Shown here: piece after piece, positions 28,710 through 39,237 of the stretch
How the letters are laid out: every line of letters begins with the position of its first letter
Position numbering within the stretch: position 1 is the stretch's first letter
Source: an uncultured Verrucomicrobiae bacterium
Lineage (GTDB): Bacteria > Verrucomicrobiota > Verrucomicrobiia > Limisphaerales > UBA11358
Assembly (NCBI GenBank): GCA_963719075.1
Contig: CAVRAN010000003.1
Location: 408,659 to 472,658, forward strand
Direction: 5' to 3'
DNA: 64,000 nt
Position numbers and translations under genes: made by a program
Notes under the pieces: generated by a model
What the model saw: only the letters and a program-made list of their open reading frames with translations
Told to the model about the DNA's origin: nothing
Databases searched by the model: none

Positions 28710-30047
28710 TCAAATCGCCCCATGTTGACCTAACGGAATTTGTTTAACACCGATTGCACTTTTCTTCTTCATACCCGTAGCTACTGAAGCTTTAAGCGTT
28801 TTTCGAACCACAAAAAGAAGAAATAAAGGAAACACGTTTGGCATAAACACAAATTCGTTCATAAAGGGGACAAAGATAATTGCCGGAATAAAATTTAGAT
28901 AAACGAGTAACCAACGCGGGCTGTATTTAGAGTGATTATGGGCTGTCGCCACAAGCAGTAATAATCCTAATCCTACGAGCAGGGAACCGACGTAGCCGAA
29001 ATCGGAGTAGAGGTCTGCGTACATCGTTCGAAACGTAAATCCGTTATAATAGATAAGACCATATCCACTCATATATTGAATTGAATCATCGGGTACATCC
29101 ATTAGCTTGTCAGATATAAAATAAGGAAAGAGCTGTGAAACGAAAATTTTACCATATTCCAGTTCGGGAGGAGGATGTGTAATTATTTCATTTAGATTTA
29201 GAAGGTTTGGTTCGATGTAACTCACTGGCCATGCTAAAGACGTTTCCAACCACTTAGGCATTTTTATACTGGTGGAGAAATTCACAAGCTCTTGACTTCC
29301 AGTGCGAATATTACCAATAATTATAAATCCGATGCTAAGGGCAAGCAGACAGAACACAATAACTGACCTGGGGATTTTAAATCTTGTTTTCAGTGCGACT
29401 AAAATGATGAGCACACCAAGTATAGAAGTACTACGCATCCCATCTAATGAATTTAACATCATGCCTACAGTGCTGCACAACACTAGAATCCAATGTCGTT
29501 TTATCCATTCTGCCAAACCGATTTGACTGCCAGCCAGAGACAGAGCGGTCAAAACCACCATTGCTCTTCCGCATGACCATTCCAAGTTTGTGTAAAACGG
29601 AAGAAAGGCATCTGAACGGCTGGTCACTTTAGTGGCCGTATCGTGTGAAAATACAAACAGTGGGAAGCCACCTGCAAAATGATAAGTTAGCAGAGAGCAC
29701 ACTGCGGTAATTGCAGCCAACGTCAGCATGATTAAACTTGGCGGAAACAAAAACTCCAGCTTCCATGCTGTCTTGAGCCCAATTTGACTACCTTTTAAAT
29801 ACAGTGAAACACAAACCAAACTTACTGCAATACAGCAGAGAAAAACTTCCGTTATGGAAGCGAGTTGCTCTCCACCTCCCATAAGAGGGAAGAAAAGCGT
29901 GAGCGTTTCCAGTAATAATCCCATGTTCATTATCACAAATGGGCTGAAGCCGACTTTGCGAACAAATAACAAAAGAAAAATTGAAATAGAAAAAAGCAGT
30001 AGCGCAATTAGGCTTATCCCGGATGCAATCAATAAATCCATTGGCAA
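28710..30047 (-). CDS. O-antigen/EPS repeat-unit polymerase (Wzy-like polytopic membrane protein)
   Basis: 445 aa with ~10 or more predicted TM helices, AT-rich, sited between glycosyltransferases. The assignment rests on topology and context. Confidence 0.55.
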   Translation of the reverse strand: MPMDLLIASGISLIALLLFSISIFLLLFVRKVGFSPFVIMNMGLLLETLTLFFPLMGGGEQLASITEVFLCCIAVSLVCVSLYLKGSQIGLKTAWKLEFLFPPSLIMLTLAAITAVCSLLTYHFAGGFPLFVFSHDTATKVTSRSDAFLPFYTNLEWSCGRAMVVLTALSLAGSQIGLAEWIKRHWILVLCSTVGMMLNSLDGMRSTSILGVLIILVALKTRFKIPRSVIVFCLLALSIGFIIIGNIRTGSQELVNFSTSIKMPKWLETSLAWPVSYIEPNLLNLNEIITHPPPELEYGKIFVSQLFPYFISDKLMDVPDDSIQYMSGYGLIYYNGFTFRTMYADLYSDFGYVGSLLVGLGLLLLVATAHNHSKYSPRWLLVYLNFIPAIIFVPFMNEFVFMPNVFPLFLLFVVRKTLKASVATGMKKKSAIGVKQIPLGQHGAI

Positions 30048-30077
30048 TCTAATATTTAATTCTTCTTCGTAAGGATT

Positions 30078-30824
30078 TCAAGAAAGTCTGTGTTCAACTT
30101 TTTCAAACCAGGGAGAGGCTTGGAGAAAATGTCCTTTACTGATAAACTTTAATTTCCCATTTGGTGTACAGTCCAGCAATGTCACGCCAATCGCTTCCAA
30201 ATGAATTTGAAGAATAACGAGATACGGTTCCATCCATCTTCTTGGATTAGCGATAAAAACGTCATTCACGTAAGAAATGGAACTCTCCATTCCAGAAAAG
30301 TAGTCCTTTGGCACAGAATAACTTGTTTCCATCCCCGTTAAGCATACGACCTTATGACCGTGCATTACCGCAAGTTGAATGGCGCTTATCGTCACACTCT
30401 GACCAAAATTGAATCCTGTCTTGAGATCGAATGTAAATAGCCCCTTGTCAAACACCAACCCCGAGAAAAGCTGTGGCCATTGAACACGACGCAGCGGCGG
30501 CAGCTTCGTATAGCGCCGCTTCATCAATTGTCGCAAAGGGTGAAAATCCCGCTGGACAAGTTTGCGTATGTATTTGGCCGGCGGATCGCTATACCGCTCA
30601 TCGCCAATCCAAAGCTGACCAGAATAATTACGATATGCGTCACCGATTTCTGGTAGTCGTCGTGAATCGCTAATGAGCACATGATCGGTTGGCCGTCCCC
30701 AATCTGGAAATTTCTTATAAATATGATTGCATCCATAAGTGGTGAAGTGCCCGAGTAAAGCCGGGTCAAGCCGATCCACACTTGGTCCGTTGCCGATAAT
30801 TAGAGCAGTTGTTTCTTTATTCAT
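30078..30824 (-). CDS. DUF115/MptE-like protein (putative ulosonic-acid-type glycosyltransferase)
   Basis: The N-terminal ALIIGNGPSVDRL..YGCNHIY pattern resembles GNGPS-containing DUF115 and sialyltransferase-like proteins. The assignment is tentative. Confidence 0.4.
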   Translation of the reverse strand: MNKETTALIIGNGPSVDRLDPALLGHFTTYGCNHIYKKFPDWGRPTDHVLISDSRRLPEIGDAYRNYSGQLWIGDERYSDPPAKYIRKLVQRDFHPLRQLMKRRYTKLPPLRRVQWPQLFSGLVFDKGLFTFDLKTGFNFGQSVTISAIQLAVMHGHKVVCLTGMETSYSVPKDYFSGMESSISYVNDVFIANPRRWMEPYLVILQIHLEAIGVTLLDCTPNGKLKFISKGHFLQASPWFEKVEHRLS

Positions 30825-30827
30825 TTG

Positions 30828-31967
30828 TCATGCCTGTTGAGTTTGAGTGCGAATTTTCCACTGTTTTGAAATAGTTTGGCTTTTTTTTCGCCAAATTACG
30901 CGAGCAGGTTCTTCCAAATATAAGTGAACTATTATACCTACACCAATTGCGGCTAAAAAGCTTGCGGCGCAAAGCAGAGCCTCCAAGAAGATATTACTTT
31001 TATATGGAGTAATTTTTAGACTCATGAGATATACAGGTGTCTGGACCATGTAAATCGCATACGATGCCCGCCCCAATAAACGAACGAAAGCGGTACCCAT
31101 GAAACGAGCGATCAAACCCTTGTTAAATGACAGTGCATAAATAAACCCAGCCAGAAATGGCACACAAAATATCTGCGTATTCATGTGGTGCGCAAATTCA
31201 GCAGATATAATCCATACCCCGATAACACCACCTCCTATCCAGACATCTGGTTTAATAAAAGGCGCCTCAGTTCGTTGAGAATATAATTTGTAAAGGAGAC
31301 AACCAATTGGAAATTCAAATACAATTCTAATTAATCCGTAAGCTGCCGACAAAGGAAACCGTTGGAGATTGCACAAAATGAATAAGCATGTTAAACAAAA
31401 TCCAATTGCAACGACGGATGTTGCAGATTTTTTAATTGACTTTAGGCAAAAGAGATATCCAGGAAAACAAAGATACGCCAACCACTCACTGCTTACAGAC
31501 CATGCTGGACCATTCCAGTTCATAGATATAGGATATGCCCACGCTTGAACCAAAGTTATTTGTTGTGGCAATGTGCCAAAATCAGCCCACTCTGGCTTTT
31601 TCTTTGATACCACAATAGATACAAATGCCAGCACGAACATTACGAACAAACAGGCGATATGCGTCGGATATATTCTGGCCAGCCGGGTTGAAAGAAAATT
31701 GAGATAGCCCTTCCATCCGCGCAACATTTCCGAACCTGAATAATTGTAACAAAGAATGAATCCGCTCAGCATGAAAAAAAGATCGACGCCAAGGTCTCCA
31801 CTAAGAGTAGGGGCGAAAAACCAATTATTGACGCAAATTTGATGGAGCTTCGGAAATTGTTTTTCTTCTCCCTGAAGATGAAATAAAAGCACCCAAAAAC
31901 ATGCAATTGCGCGAATCCCGGTTAACGCGGGCAACTCTGGACGATTTGAGTGCAGCTTATCATTCAT
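30828..31967 (-). CDS. Acyltransferase family 3 (O-acetyltransferase, OafA/YrhL-like)
   Basis: The N-terminus is LPALTGIRAIACFWVLLFHL, with ~10 TM helices. Confidence 0.85.
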   Translation of the reverse strand: MNDKLHSNRPELPALTGIRAIACFWVLLFHLQGEEKQFPKLHQICVNNWFFAPTLSGDLGVDLFFMLSGFILCYNYSGSEMLRGWKGYLNFLSTRLARIYPTHIACLFVMFVLAFVSIVVSKKKPEWADFGTLPQQITLVQAWAYPISMNWNGPAWSVSSEWLAYLCFPGYLFCLKSIKKSATSVVAIGFCLTCLFILCNLQRFPLSAAYGLIRIVFEFPIGCLLYKLYSQRTEAPFIKPDVWIGGGVIGVWIISAEFAHHMNTQIFCVPFLAGFIYALSFNKGLIARFMGTAFVRLLGRASYAIYMVQTPVYLMSLKITPYKSNIFLEALLCAASFLAAIGVGIIVHLYLEEPARVIWRKKSQTISKQWKIRTQTQQA

Positions 31968-32089
31968 CTAGTGAAATGCTCCGACAAATCCGGATCAAGC
32001 TGGTCACCCTCTACCCGTTGCCGAAGACTTGAATGAGTTTATACGACCGTGGTCGTTTAACAATTATTCTAATTTAAAATTAAAAGGCG

Positions 32090-33556
32090 TTAAGGAAACA
32101 AAAGCTGAGCGCCGGCCCCTAACAAAATAAAAATTGCGGCAGGCAAAAACGTGCGCCGTTCGAATATCCAAAGCGGAATATGAAATTCGCGCCATGACAG
32201 GGACACTGAATACAAAACATAAAAGCCAAGATAACCGGCAAGCATTCCGATGGGGAACGCGTAAACACCGAGAGGTTTTAACAACAACATTGTTATAAAC
32301 ATCAGGAGACCGGATACGCCATTTGCAATATGCCAGACAATACGATTCGTAGTGCTGTAAAGTTGCAAGTGCATCGCGCCGTAACGCTCGGCCAGCATTG
32401 CCGCCGCCAATAACCACCATAAAACCGGAGAAACAAAAGAGATGTGACTGCCGGTCATTTTTAGAAAATGCGGCAACAGCCAACCCGCCGACACAACACC
32501 TGCAGCAAACGTGAGATGCGACCAGCGCATCCCGCGTTGTGCCAACAGCAGAAGTTCTGGAATGCGTCCCAAAGCTTGCAATCGTGCCAGACTCGGCAGT
32601 TTACTGTAAAAGGGTGCTTGTGAGAATTGTGTGATGGCTGTCAAATAACGCAGGGCAATCAAATAAGCCGCCACTTCAGCCGGTTTTCCAAATTGGGAAT
32701 AAATAAAACCTGTGGCCTGCACAAAGCCGCTGGTCATCATGACGCCGACGCCGCTTCGCCAAGCAGCCGGCCAGGCTTCACGCCAGATTTCAGGTTCGAG
32801 CCGGGCACGACCGAATTGTTTCGCGCGGCCTTCAGAAACGTAACGGCAAAGACGCCAATTTCGCCAGAGTGCAAAAATAGTCCAAAGTTGCGTGCTGATT
32901 ATGAGGGCAACAATCTTCCCACCAAGCAGCAAGACCAGAAAATTGGAGAAAATGGCTCCGATGGCCGTAAACGCTTCCCAACGTCGCAATAGCGGAATTT
33001 GATTCAGCCCCTGTAGATAAGATGAATAGGCGAGTGTCGGAAAAATCAACGGCGCGGTAAGCGCGACAATTGTCCATGCCAGCCAGCCCATCATTGGATT
33101 TTCCAAATGACTCATTGCTGTCCATAGCGCAATCGTGCCAATCGGTGCAATCAACAACCAACTTCCCATCATTGACCAGTGATAGAGCCAATGCATCGTC
33201 CGCCAGATGGCTCCCACTTTTTCCCAGTCTGTGGTTCCGAACGAACTTGAATCAGCGTTTTTGTGGGCTGCCCGCGCAAAAAGCCGGGAAAAAGTGGGAG
33301 ACAGGCCGATGTCCAGCAGCATTTGAAATCCCAATACGCTGGCAAGCAACTGCCAGACCTGAAGTTCGGACGCGGAGAGTTGCCGCATTGCGAACGGCAG
33401 AACTATGAGCAAACTTAGTGATCTTGTAACAAATCCCGCCCAAGTCGTCAGCGTCGGGGAATCCCACGCGCGATCAAACCAGCGACCCAGTGGTTGTCTC
33501 CAGATATTGATCAAAGCGGGATTATGTATTTGATGCAATTTCGGTCTATTCTTCAT
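32090..33556 (-). CDS. Oligosaccharide flippase (Wzx/MOP-superfamily-like)
   Basis: 488 aa with ~12-14 TM helices in an EPS context. No sharp motif was seen. Confidence 0.6.
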   Translation of the reverse strand: MKNRPKLHQIHNPALINIWRQPLGRWFDRAWDSPTLTTWAGFVTRSLSLLIVLPFAMRQLSASELQVWQLLASVLGFQMLLDIGLSPTFSRLFARAAHKNADSSSFGTTDWEKVGAIWRTMHWLYHWSMMGSWLLIAPIGTIALWTAMSHLENPMMGWLAWTIVALTAPLIFPTLAYSSYLQGLNQIPLLRRWEAFTAIGAIFSNFLVLLLGGKIVALIISTQLWTIFALWRNWRLCRYVSEGRAKQFGRARLEPEIWREAWPAAWRSGVGVMMTSGFVQATGFIYSQFGKPAEVAAYLIALRYLTAITQFSQAPFYSKLPSLARLQALGRIPELLLLAQRGMRWSHLTFAAGVVSAGWLLPHFLKMTGSHISFVSPVLWWLLAAAMLAERYGAMHLQLYSTTNRIVWHIANGVSGLLMFITMLLLKPLGVYAFPIGMLAGYLGFYVLYSVSLSWREFHIPLWIFERRTFLPAAIFILLGAGAQLLFP

Positions 33557-33614
33557 AATTTACGTTCGTTTCCGTTATTTCGCTTTGGCGTCCTTCGCTA
33601 CGCGCTTGACGTGC

Positions 33615-34328
33615 TCAATCACCTTTTTGGGAAAGAGCCTTTTGATTGCGTGGTGCGTTTTTAACGCCATTGGATGTTTCTTTTTTTGTGCCATTAGTCA
33701 GTTTTTCGTAAGTGAGTTTTTCGGCTGACACCAATTTTATCATGGCATCCCGAAACGCCCACTCATTTTTCCGGTTGTTATACCGAAATTCCAGTTCATC
33801 AAGGTAGGAGTCAAGGTGTTTGACGCTGACCTTGTGATATGAGCCGATGATGGAGCGTTTGAGTAAGCTCCATATATTTTCGACTGTGTTTGTGTGAACC
33901 TTGCCATTCACCCATTGTTCCGCGCTATGGTTCACAGTTTCATGCCTTGTATCGGCATCGCCGATGCCGCGATAGGCTGGCCATTCATCCGTGTAAATCG
34001 CTTCCGTATCTGGCGCGGTGTTTGTGTGGATGAATCTGTGCAAATTCTTGCGGCTGGCACTGTTAATCGTCTGCAATCGCAACGAACCTTCGCGCTCGAC
34101 CGCGCCGACGACAATGACTTTATTCTTCTTGTAGCCGCGTCCCCGATTTCTGGCTTTTCCGCCTATCCATGTTTCATCCACTTCGACCGTGCCGCGCAAT
34201 GGCAACGGGTTTTGTTCCCGCAATGCCGCCCTGACACGGTGACAGAGATACCATGCTGTCTTGTAGGAAACAGCTAGCGTGCGTTTAAGCTGGTTTGCCG
34301 ACACGCCTTTCTTGGCTTCCAGCATCAT
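33615..34328 (-). pseudogene. IS1595-family (ISXO2-like) transposase, 5'-truncated
   Basis: The DDE core is KTAWYLCHRVR..VEVDETWIGGK..IYTDEWPAYRGI..NTVENIWSLLKR. The N-terminal zinc-ribbon domain is missing, and the ORF begins 46 nt from the SDR stop codon. Confidence 0.8.
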
Positions 34329-34374
34329 GGATCAAAGTAAGTGTCGAGGAAATCACTGTCATTGAGGTTCATTA

Positions 34375-35109
34375 TCAAACCGGATCATGCAATCGTCCGC
34401 CAATACCGCCGTCAATATGCAGACATGCGCCGGTGATAAAGGCGGCGTCTTCCGACGCCAAAAATATGGCGGTCTTGGCCACTTCCCAAGGTTGGGCGAT
34501 TCGTTCCAAGGGATGGTTTTTTGCCAGTTCATCAAATTCCTTCGATTTTCCTTCAAATCCCGCAAGCAACATCGGGGTGGCAGTGGCGGCAGGATTGATT
34601 ACATTAACGCGTACGCGCGGGCCAAGATCAACAGCTAGTGCCCGGGTCATGCCAACCAGAGCCGCCTTGCTGGTGGCGTAACAAATAAATCCGGGTTTGG
34701 TGGCCACCGAATGAATACTGGCGATATTGACCACCGAGCCTTTTGCTTTCTCCAAATCCGGCAACAGACTTTGGGTCAGTAAAAACGGAGCCACAAGATT
34801 CGTCTGTAAGGTGTCGTCCCAGTCGGAAATTTTAACATCATCGGTTTTGTTGAGAATTTGGGTAGCGGCGTTATTAACCAACGTCCTCAATCCATGGTGG
34901 CCGATGATTGTGCGCACTTCCGCCGTAAGTTTGTCCCGCATTTCGGCGTTCAGGTAGAGGTCACGGATGTTAATTTGTAAAAAGGCATTGCAAGAGCAAT
35001 TCCCCGCCCGTTTGTCCGTGCCGATAACGAAGTAGCCTGCTTTTTGGAATTCCGCGCAGAGGGCTTGTCCGATGCCTCCCAACGCGCCGGTAATGAGGGC
35101 CGTTTTCAT
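34375..35109 (-). CDS. SDR-family NAD(P)-dependent oxidoreductase
   Basis: Motifs are TGALGGIG, NNAA and the catalytic YATSKAAL. There is a 4-nt overlap with the upstream dehydrogenase. Confidence 0.9.
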   Translation of the reverse strand: MKTALITGALGGIGQALCAEFQKAGYFVIGTDKRAGNCSCNAFLQINIRDLYLNAEMRDKLTAEVRTIIGHHGLRTLVNNAATQILNKTDDVKISDWDDTLQTNLVAPFLLTQSLLPDLEKAKGSVVNIASIHSVATKPGFICYATSKAALVGMTRALAVDLGPRVRVNVINPAATATPMLLAGFEGKSKEFDELAKNHPLERIAQPWEVAKTAIFLASEDAAFITGACLHIDGGIGGRLHDPV

Positions 35110-36050
35110 TTGATGTCAAGGAACTGGAACAAAATATCAATGGCGCGGTCACTCGTACGAATAACGGCGTCGAGTGTATTGGAACCATTGTGTGAGCCAA
35201 AGATGCAACGATCAAATTTGCGCAATGCCGAATCAACAGGCAATGGTTCGGACTCAAACACATCCAATGCCGCGCTATGAACATGGCCGCTTTCCAGGGA
35301 AGCGACCAAAGCTGATTCATCAATCAATGGTCCGCGCGCCACGTTGACGATACGAACGCCAGCCTTTGCAGCGGCCAAAGTCTGGTTATTTAGCATGTGC
35401 CGGTTTTCTTTGGTGAGGGCACAGGTAAAAACAATGAAATCACATTCGCCAATGTGGTCTGGCCATTGAGCCGGCAATACCGATTCCAACCCTTCCATCG
35501 GCTTGAAAAATGGATCGTAAGCAATGACTTTCATTTCCGCAGCGAACAATCTTTTCGCCGTTTGCCTTCCTATGTCACCGAAACCAACAAGTCCAGCCGT
35601 ACGCCCGGCAAGGGAAATACCGACGGGTTTGGGCCATTGCCCGCTCCGAACCCCACGATCTATTAAAAATGTCTGACGCGCGAGTGCGGTAACGTAGCCC
35701 ATGGCAACGTCGGCGACTTCCCTGCCAAACGCTGCAGGGGTATTGGCGATGGGAATGCCAAGGTCTTTACAGGCGACAAAATCCACGTTGTCAACGCCCA
35801 CGCCCCATTTGGCAGCGGCGCGCAACCGTCCGGCTTTTCCAGCGGCAAAGACGCGGCGTGTCGCGGGGTCGTCGCCGATAATCCAGCCGTCAAATCCAGG
35901 AAGAAGAGAGACCAATTCATCTTCAGTCAACGTTTGCACTACATTCGGAGTAACAACCTCAACACGTTTATCCAAAAAACGCGAACGGCAGTTGTCTATT
36001 GACCGCAACATCGGCGGACAAGTCACTAAAATTCGAACGGCGGAATTCAT
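35106..36050 (-). CDS. D-isomer-specific 2-hydroxyacid dehydrogenase (PGDH-like)
   Basis: Motifs are GLVGFGDIGRQ and NVARGPLIDESALVASLESGHVHSAALDVFESEPLP. There is a 4-nt overlap with the upstream cytidylyltransferase. Confidence 0.9.
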   Translation of the reverse strand: MNSAVRILVTCPPMLRSIDNCRSRFLDKRVEVVTPNVVQTLTEDELVSLLPGFDGWIIGDDPATRRVFAAGKAGRLRAAAKWGVGVDNVDFVACKDLGIPIANTPAAFGREVADVAMGYVTALARQTFLIDRGVRSGQWPKPVGISLAGRTAGLVGFGDIGRQTAKRLFAAEMKVIAYDPFFKPMEGLESVLPAQWPDHIGECDFIVFTCALTKENRHMLNNQTLAAAKAGVRIVNVARGPLIDESALVASLESGHVHSAALDVFESEPLPVDSALRKFDRCIFGSHNGSNTLDAVIRTSDRAIDILFQFLDIK

Positions 36051-36745
36051 TTGGATGATCCCTTTCGCGACAGTCCGGCAGCCATGATTTCAGCGATGTC
36101 CCAGCCTTCCTGATCGTCAATGTCGGCGGATTCAACGCGAGGCGTTTCAAACATCATTGGTTTGGCGCCAATGCGCGCCGACGTCGCTGCAAAGCTTTGG
36201 CGATTGAACAGGTAGAGATTGGAATTTTCTTCAAACCACGGTTCCAAGTCCTGGGTGCGGACCAATTTTTTGGGGTCATGGTTCACGGGCGAGCCGTCGG
36301 CGCGGTAAAAACGGGTTTGAAATTTATTGACGGCAAAGAGGCTGTCAGCCATTCCTTTCGCAACGGCTTCACGATGGGCGGCCAGCGCGCGCCGGATGGT
36401 ATCGGCGCTTAACAAAGGATTGGTGGTATGCGTCATCAAATAGGTTTCACTGGCTATGGCGGCAATATCGTCGGCCAGCACCAGGTTCATGCTCACAAAG
36501 TCACCGCAAATTTCCGGTTTGCGGTCGCGAATCAAAATCCGTCCGCTGTCCGTCAGTCCGTTGGCGGCAAGGATATCGCGCGCGTCGGTGTTGATGATAA
36601 TTTTTTGAATTTCATCCACGTTCAACAACGTATTGAGAATCCAACGAAAGAGCGGCTTGCCGGCGAAATCACGGAAGTTTTTTCCCGAAACCCGCGCGCT
36701 ATGCGCTTTCATCGGTAAAAGGGCAACATATTGATAGTCAGTCAT
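36047..36745 (-). CDS. Acylneuraminate/KDO-type cytidylyltransferase family protein (CTP_transf_3)
   Basis: LLPMKAHSARVSGKNFRDFAGKPLFRW..IIINTD fits the NeuA/KdsB/PseF family N-terminus. The substrate is unknown. Confidence 0.75.
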   Translation of the reverse strand: MTDYQYVALLPMKAHSARVSGKNFRDFAGKPLFRWILNTLLNVDEIQKIIINTDARDILAANGLTDSGRILIRDRKPEICGDFVSMNLVLADDIAAIASETYLMTHTTNPLLSADTIRRALAAHREAVAKGMADSLFAVNKFQTRFYRADGSPVNHDPKKLVRTQDLEPWFEENSNLYLFNRQSFAATSARIGAKPMMFETPRVESADIDDQEGWDIAEIMAAGLSRKGSSK

Positions 36746-36846
36746 TTTTTAGTTTGCCTCTTGATGCTTTCAAACGATTGTCCAAGATAGAGTCCATCAT
36801 GGAATGTTATGTGGCCAGACTAATAACCATCGCAGATGCTGGCACA

Positions 36847-37656
36847 TTACTTTTGTGCTGTTAATACATAATTCCGCCCACAGATCAAAAAGCGCAAGGC
36901 AAATGGCGGCGCAAGTTTTTTGTGGAGATACTTGACTTCCCCGGGAAACGTACTGTTTGGACCGAACAAATCCCAATGTGTCGGCACTAGGACATCCGCC
37001 CCCGTCCGTTCGGCCATCATAAACGCTTCGCGAATGCTCATATTGCCTACGATGCCGGCTTCATTCCGGAAATAGTTGCGTTCATTGACTGGAAGGAACG
37101 CATAGTCAATCGCCACGCCGGCAAGTGCCAAGAAAATTTCCGAATGGGGAATGGTATCTCCGGCATGGTAGATGGTGCAATCAGGCCATTCCATGAGATA
37201 ACCCATGAAACGCAATTCGCCGGCGGAGTTGCGTTCCAAAATCGTGTGCGCTGCGGGAATGGCACGAATACGCAACGTCCCGATAGTCGTCTCCTTTTCC
37301 GAGGCGCGGATGATTTTAGCCTTTGGAATACCGCATTCGAGGAGAATGGAATCCACTTCGTAGGGACATATAAAGCGAACGGCTGGCGAGGCTGCGGCAA
37401 TCATTCGGACGCTCTTCGGATCAGTATGGTCTAGGTGCGCGTGAGTCAGCAAAACGTGGCTGATACCGGAAAGCCCATGTGCTTGAACCGCCGCCGGGTA
37501 AAGCCGTTTCATATGACTCCCGAACTGATCAGCCACAGCATCCGTCAAATAAGGGTCTATCGCCACACGGTCTCCATCGTGTTCAAACAGATAACCCGTT
37601 TGCCCGAGCGAACAAACGTTTAGGAAATTCTGTTTATTAGGATGGTTTTTAGGCAT
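36847..37656 (-). CDS. MBL-fold metallo-hydrolase
   Basis: HVLLTHAHLDHTD (HxHxDH) plus downstream His/Asp ligands. Confidence 0.8.
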   Translation of the reverse strand: MPKNHPNKQNFLNVCSLGQTGYLFEHDGDRVAIDPYLTDAVADQFGSHMKRLYPAAVQAHGLSGISHVLLTHAHLDHTDPKSVRMIAAASPAVRFICPYEVDSILLECGIPKAKIIRASEKETTIGTLRIRAIPAAHTILERNSAGELRFMGYLMEWPDCTIYHAGDTIPHSEIFLALAGVAIDYAFLPVNERNYFRNEAGIVGNMSIREAFMMAERTGADVLVPTHWDLFGPNSTFPGEVKYLHKKLAPPFALRFLICGRNYVLTAQK

Positions 37657-37706
37657 CGGGTGGAGTGCAAAGCGTGGAGTGAAGTAAACCGCAAGACCGT
37701 GTTACC

Positions 37707-39005
37707 TTAAAAGCCCAACGTAAATTGAACACCGGCCTGATTGTCTGTCACGTTGCCGCCGGTTGGTCTTTGATCATAATACCATTGGTAAAAAATCTGG
37801 CCGACAAGGTATTTGCCAAGTTTCGCCTGGAAGCCAAGGCGGGCGTTCCAATAGTCATCCGTATATTTCGCAAGTCCGGTGGCGGTGGTGTCAGGGGTGT
37901 AATCAACGTTGTAGTAGCCCACATTGAAGGTGGCCATAAAGCGGTCCGTGATACCTTGGTTCACACCGAGTCTGGCTCCGGTGCTAGTGTAATAGTAGCC
38001 GCTGTAAATGGAGGCATATTGCTGCCGGGAGCCGGTCAGGTTCATTGTCGTGCGTTCCGCAAGCTGGTACTGGCCGGTAACGGTGAACACGGTGGAAATG
38101 GTGTCGGGGTTGCCATCTTCATATTGAATCCATTCCGCGCCGACGGAAGCATCGAAGGTGAGTTTTTCAGTGTAATTATAGCGCAAGCGCGCGAGGAGCT
38201 GTTCAAACGTCTGGTCCTGACCCCCGGTGACCACATCCAAACCGCCGATCACACCCACACTAGCATGCAGGTTCTCTTCAATTTCATAATTAAACCAGTC
38301 CTTGGTATTGTATTCGGTGTAACCGGTCAGACCCGGCTGGTCATAGCCGACGCTGTATCGCTGGAAATCGCTTTCCAGAGAGGTACGTTCCCCCAATTGA
38401 TACGCGAGGGAAATCGTGGTGGTGATGGTTTGGATTCCGGTGCGCTGGCCGGCCTCAACCAGGGTAGTTTTCTGATCTTCATAATCCTGCCTCAATCCGA
38501 AAATGAACTTGCTTATCGGCCAGAGCAGATTGAGTGTGCCGAACTGGTCTATGGAATTATTGCTAGAATAATGGTCAAAGAATTGAAAGCGCGGGCCGTA
38601 GTCCAGGATGAACAATTTCCCCGGCCAGTCTTCGGGCGGTTGAATAATGAGAGCGTCGGGTGAAAGGGAGAGGACATCAACATGGGCGTCGCGATAGGTA
38701 ACTAAGGCGGCATCGTCCCCGGCGACAGCCTGCACGGCGGGCTGAACGGTCCATATTTCATCGGCCTCGGTGTTCATGGAGGAAAACAATATGTTATCGT
38801 CGTAAGTCATGCCGGCGGTAACCCGCGGATGCAAATCAAATGGTCCCAGCCGAAAGTCCAGAGGCTTTTTTTGGTCGGTTGATTCAGTCGTGGTATCGTC
38901 TGACGCTGCCGCAGTTGAATCATTTTGCGCGACTGCGTTGGCACTCGACTTTAAAAACACACACGCCACCGCGAGGCTAATCCAGTTTCGAAAGATGCAA
39001 TACAT
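37707..39005 (-). CDS. Outer-membrane beta-barrel protein (EpsL-like, first gene of the EPS array)
   Basis: It has a signal peptide, alternating beta-strand pattern with aromatic girdles, and a C-terminal ..VQFTLGF with terminal Phe. Confidence 0.6.
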   Translation of the reverse strand: MYCIFRNWISLAVACVFLKSSANAVAQNDSTAAASDDTTTESTDQKKPLDFRLGPFDLHPRVTAGMTYDDNILFSSMNTEADEIWTVQPAVQAVAGDDAALVTYRDAHVDVLSLSPDALIIQPPEDWPGKLFILDYGPRFQFFDHYSSNNSIDQFGTLNLLWPISKFIFGLRQDYEDQKTTLVEAGQRTGIQTITTTISLAYQLGERTSLESDFQRYSVGYDQPGLTGYTEYNTKDWFNYEIEENLHASVGVIGGLDVVTGGQDQTFEQLLARLRYNYTEKLTFDASVGAEWIQYEDGNPDTISTVFTVTGQYQLAERTTMNLTGSRQQYASIYSGYYYTSTGARLGVNQGITDRFMATFNVGYYNVDYTPDTTATGLAKYTDDYWNARLGFQAKLGKYLVGQIFYQWYYDQRPTGGNVTDNQAGVQFTLGF

Positions 39006-39237
39006 TTGGCCTTGGTTTTGGAATCGTCCGTCAGCAATTACACCGTATTTTCAATAACTCCTTCAAAATTTTTATATCACGCCGAATTTGTGTGTCTATT
39101 AAATAAAAAAAATAAAAAGCCCGTTTCATCATCGAACATTTTTAATTACGACCGGCCACGCACATCCGTTTATTTTCACACTTCGTGCCCGTCAGTTCGC
39201 AGATGCTTTTTGCTCTCGCATTTGCCAACCGAGTTTT

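Noticed and set aside
37725-38663. 312-aa plus-strand ORF
   Set aside because: It is antisense to the OM beta-barrel gene, which has a signal peptide and a terminal Phe.
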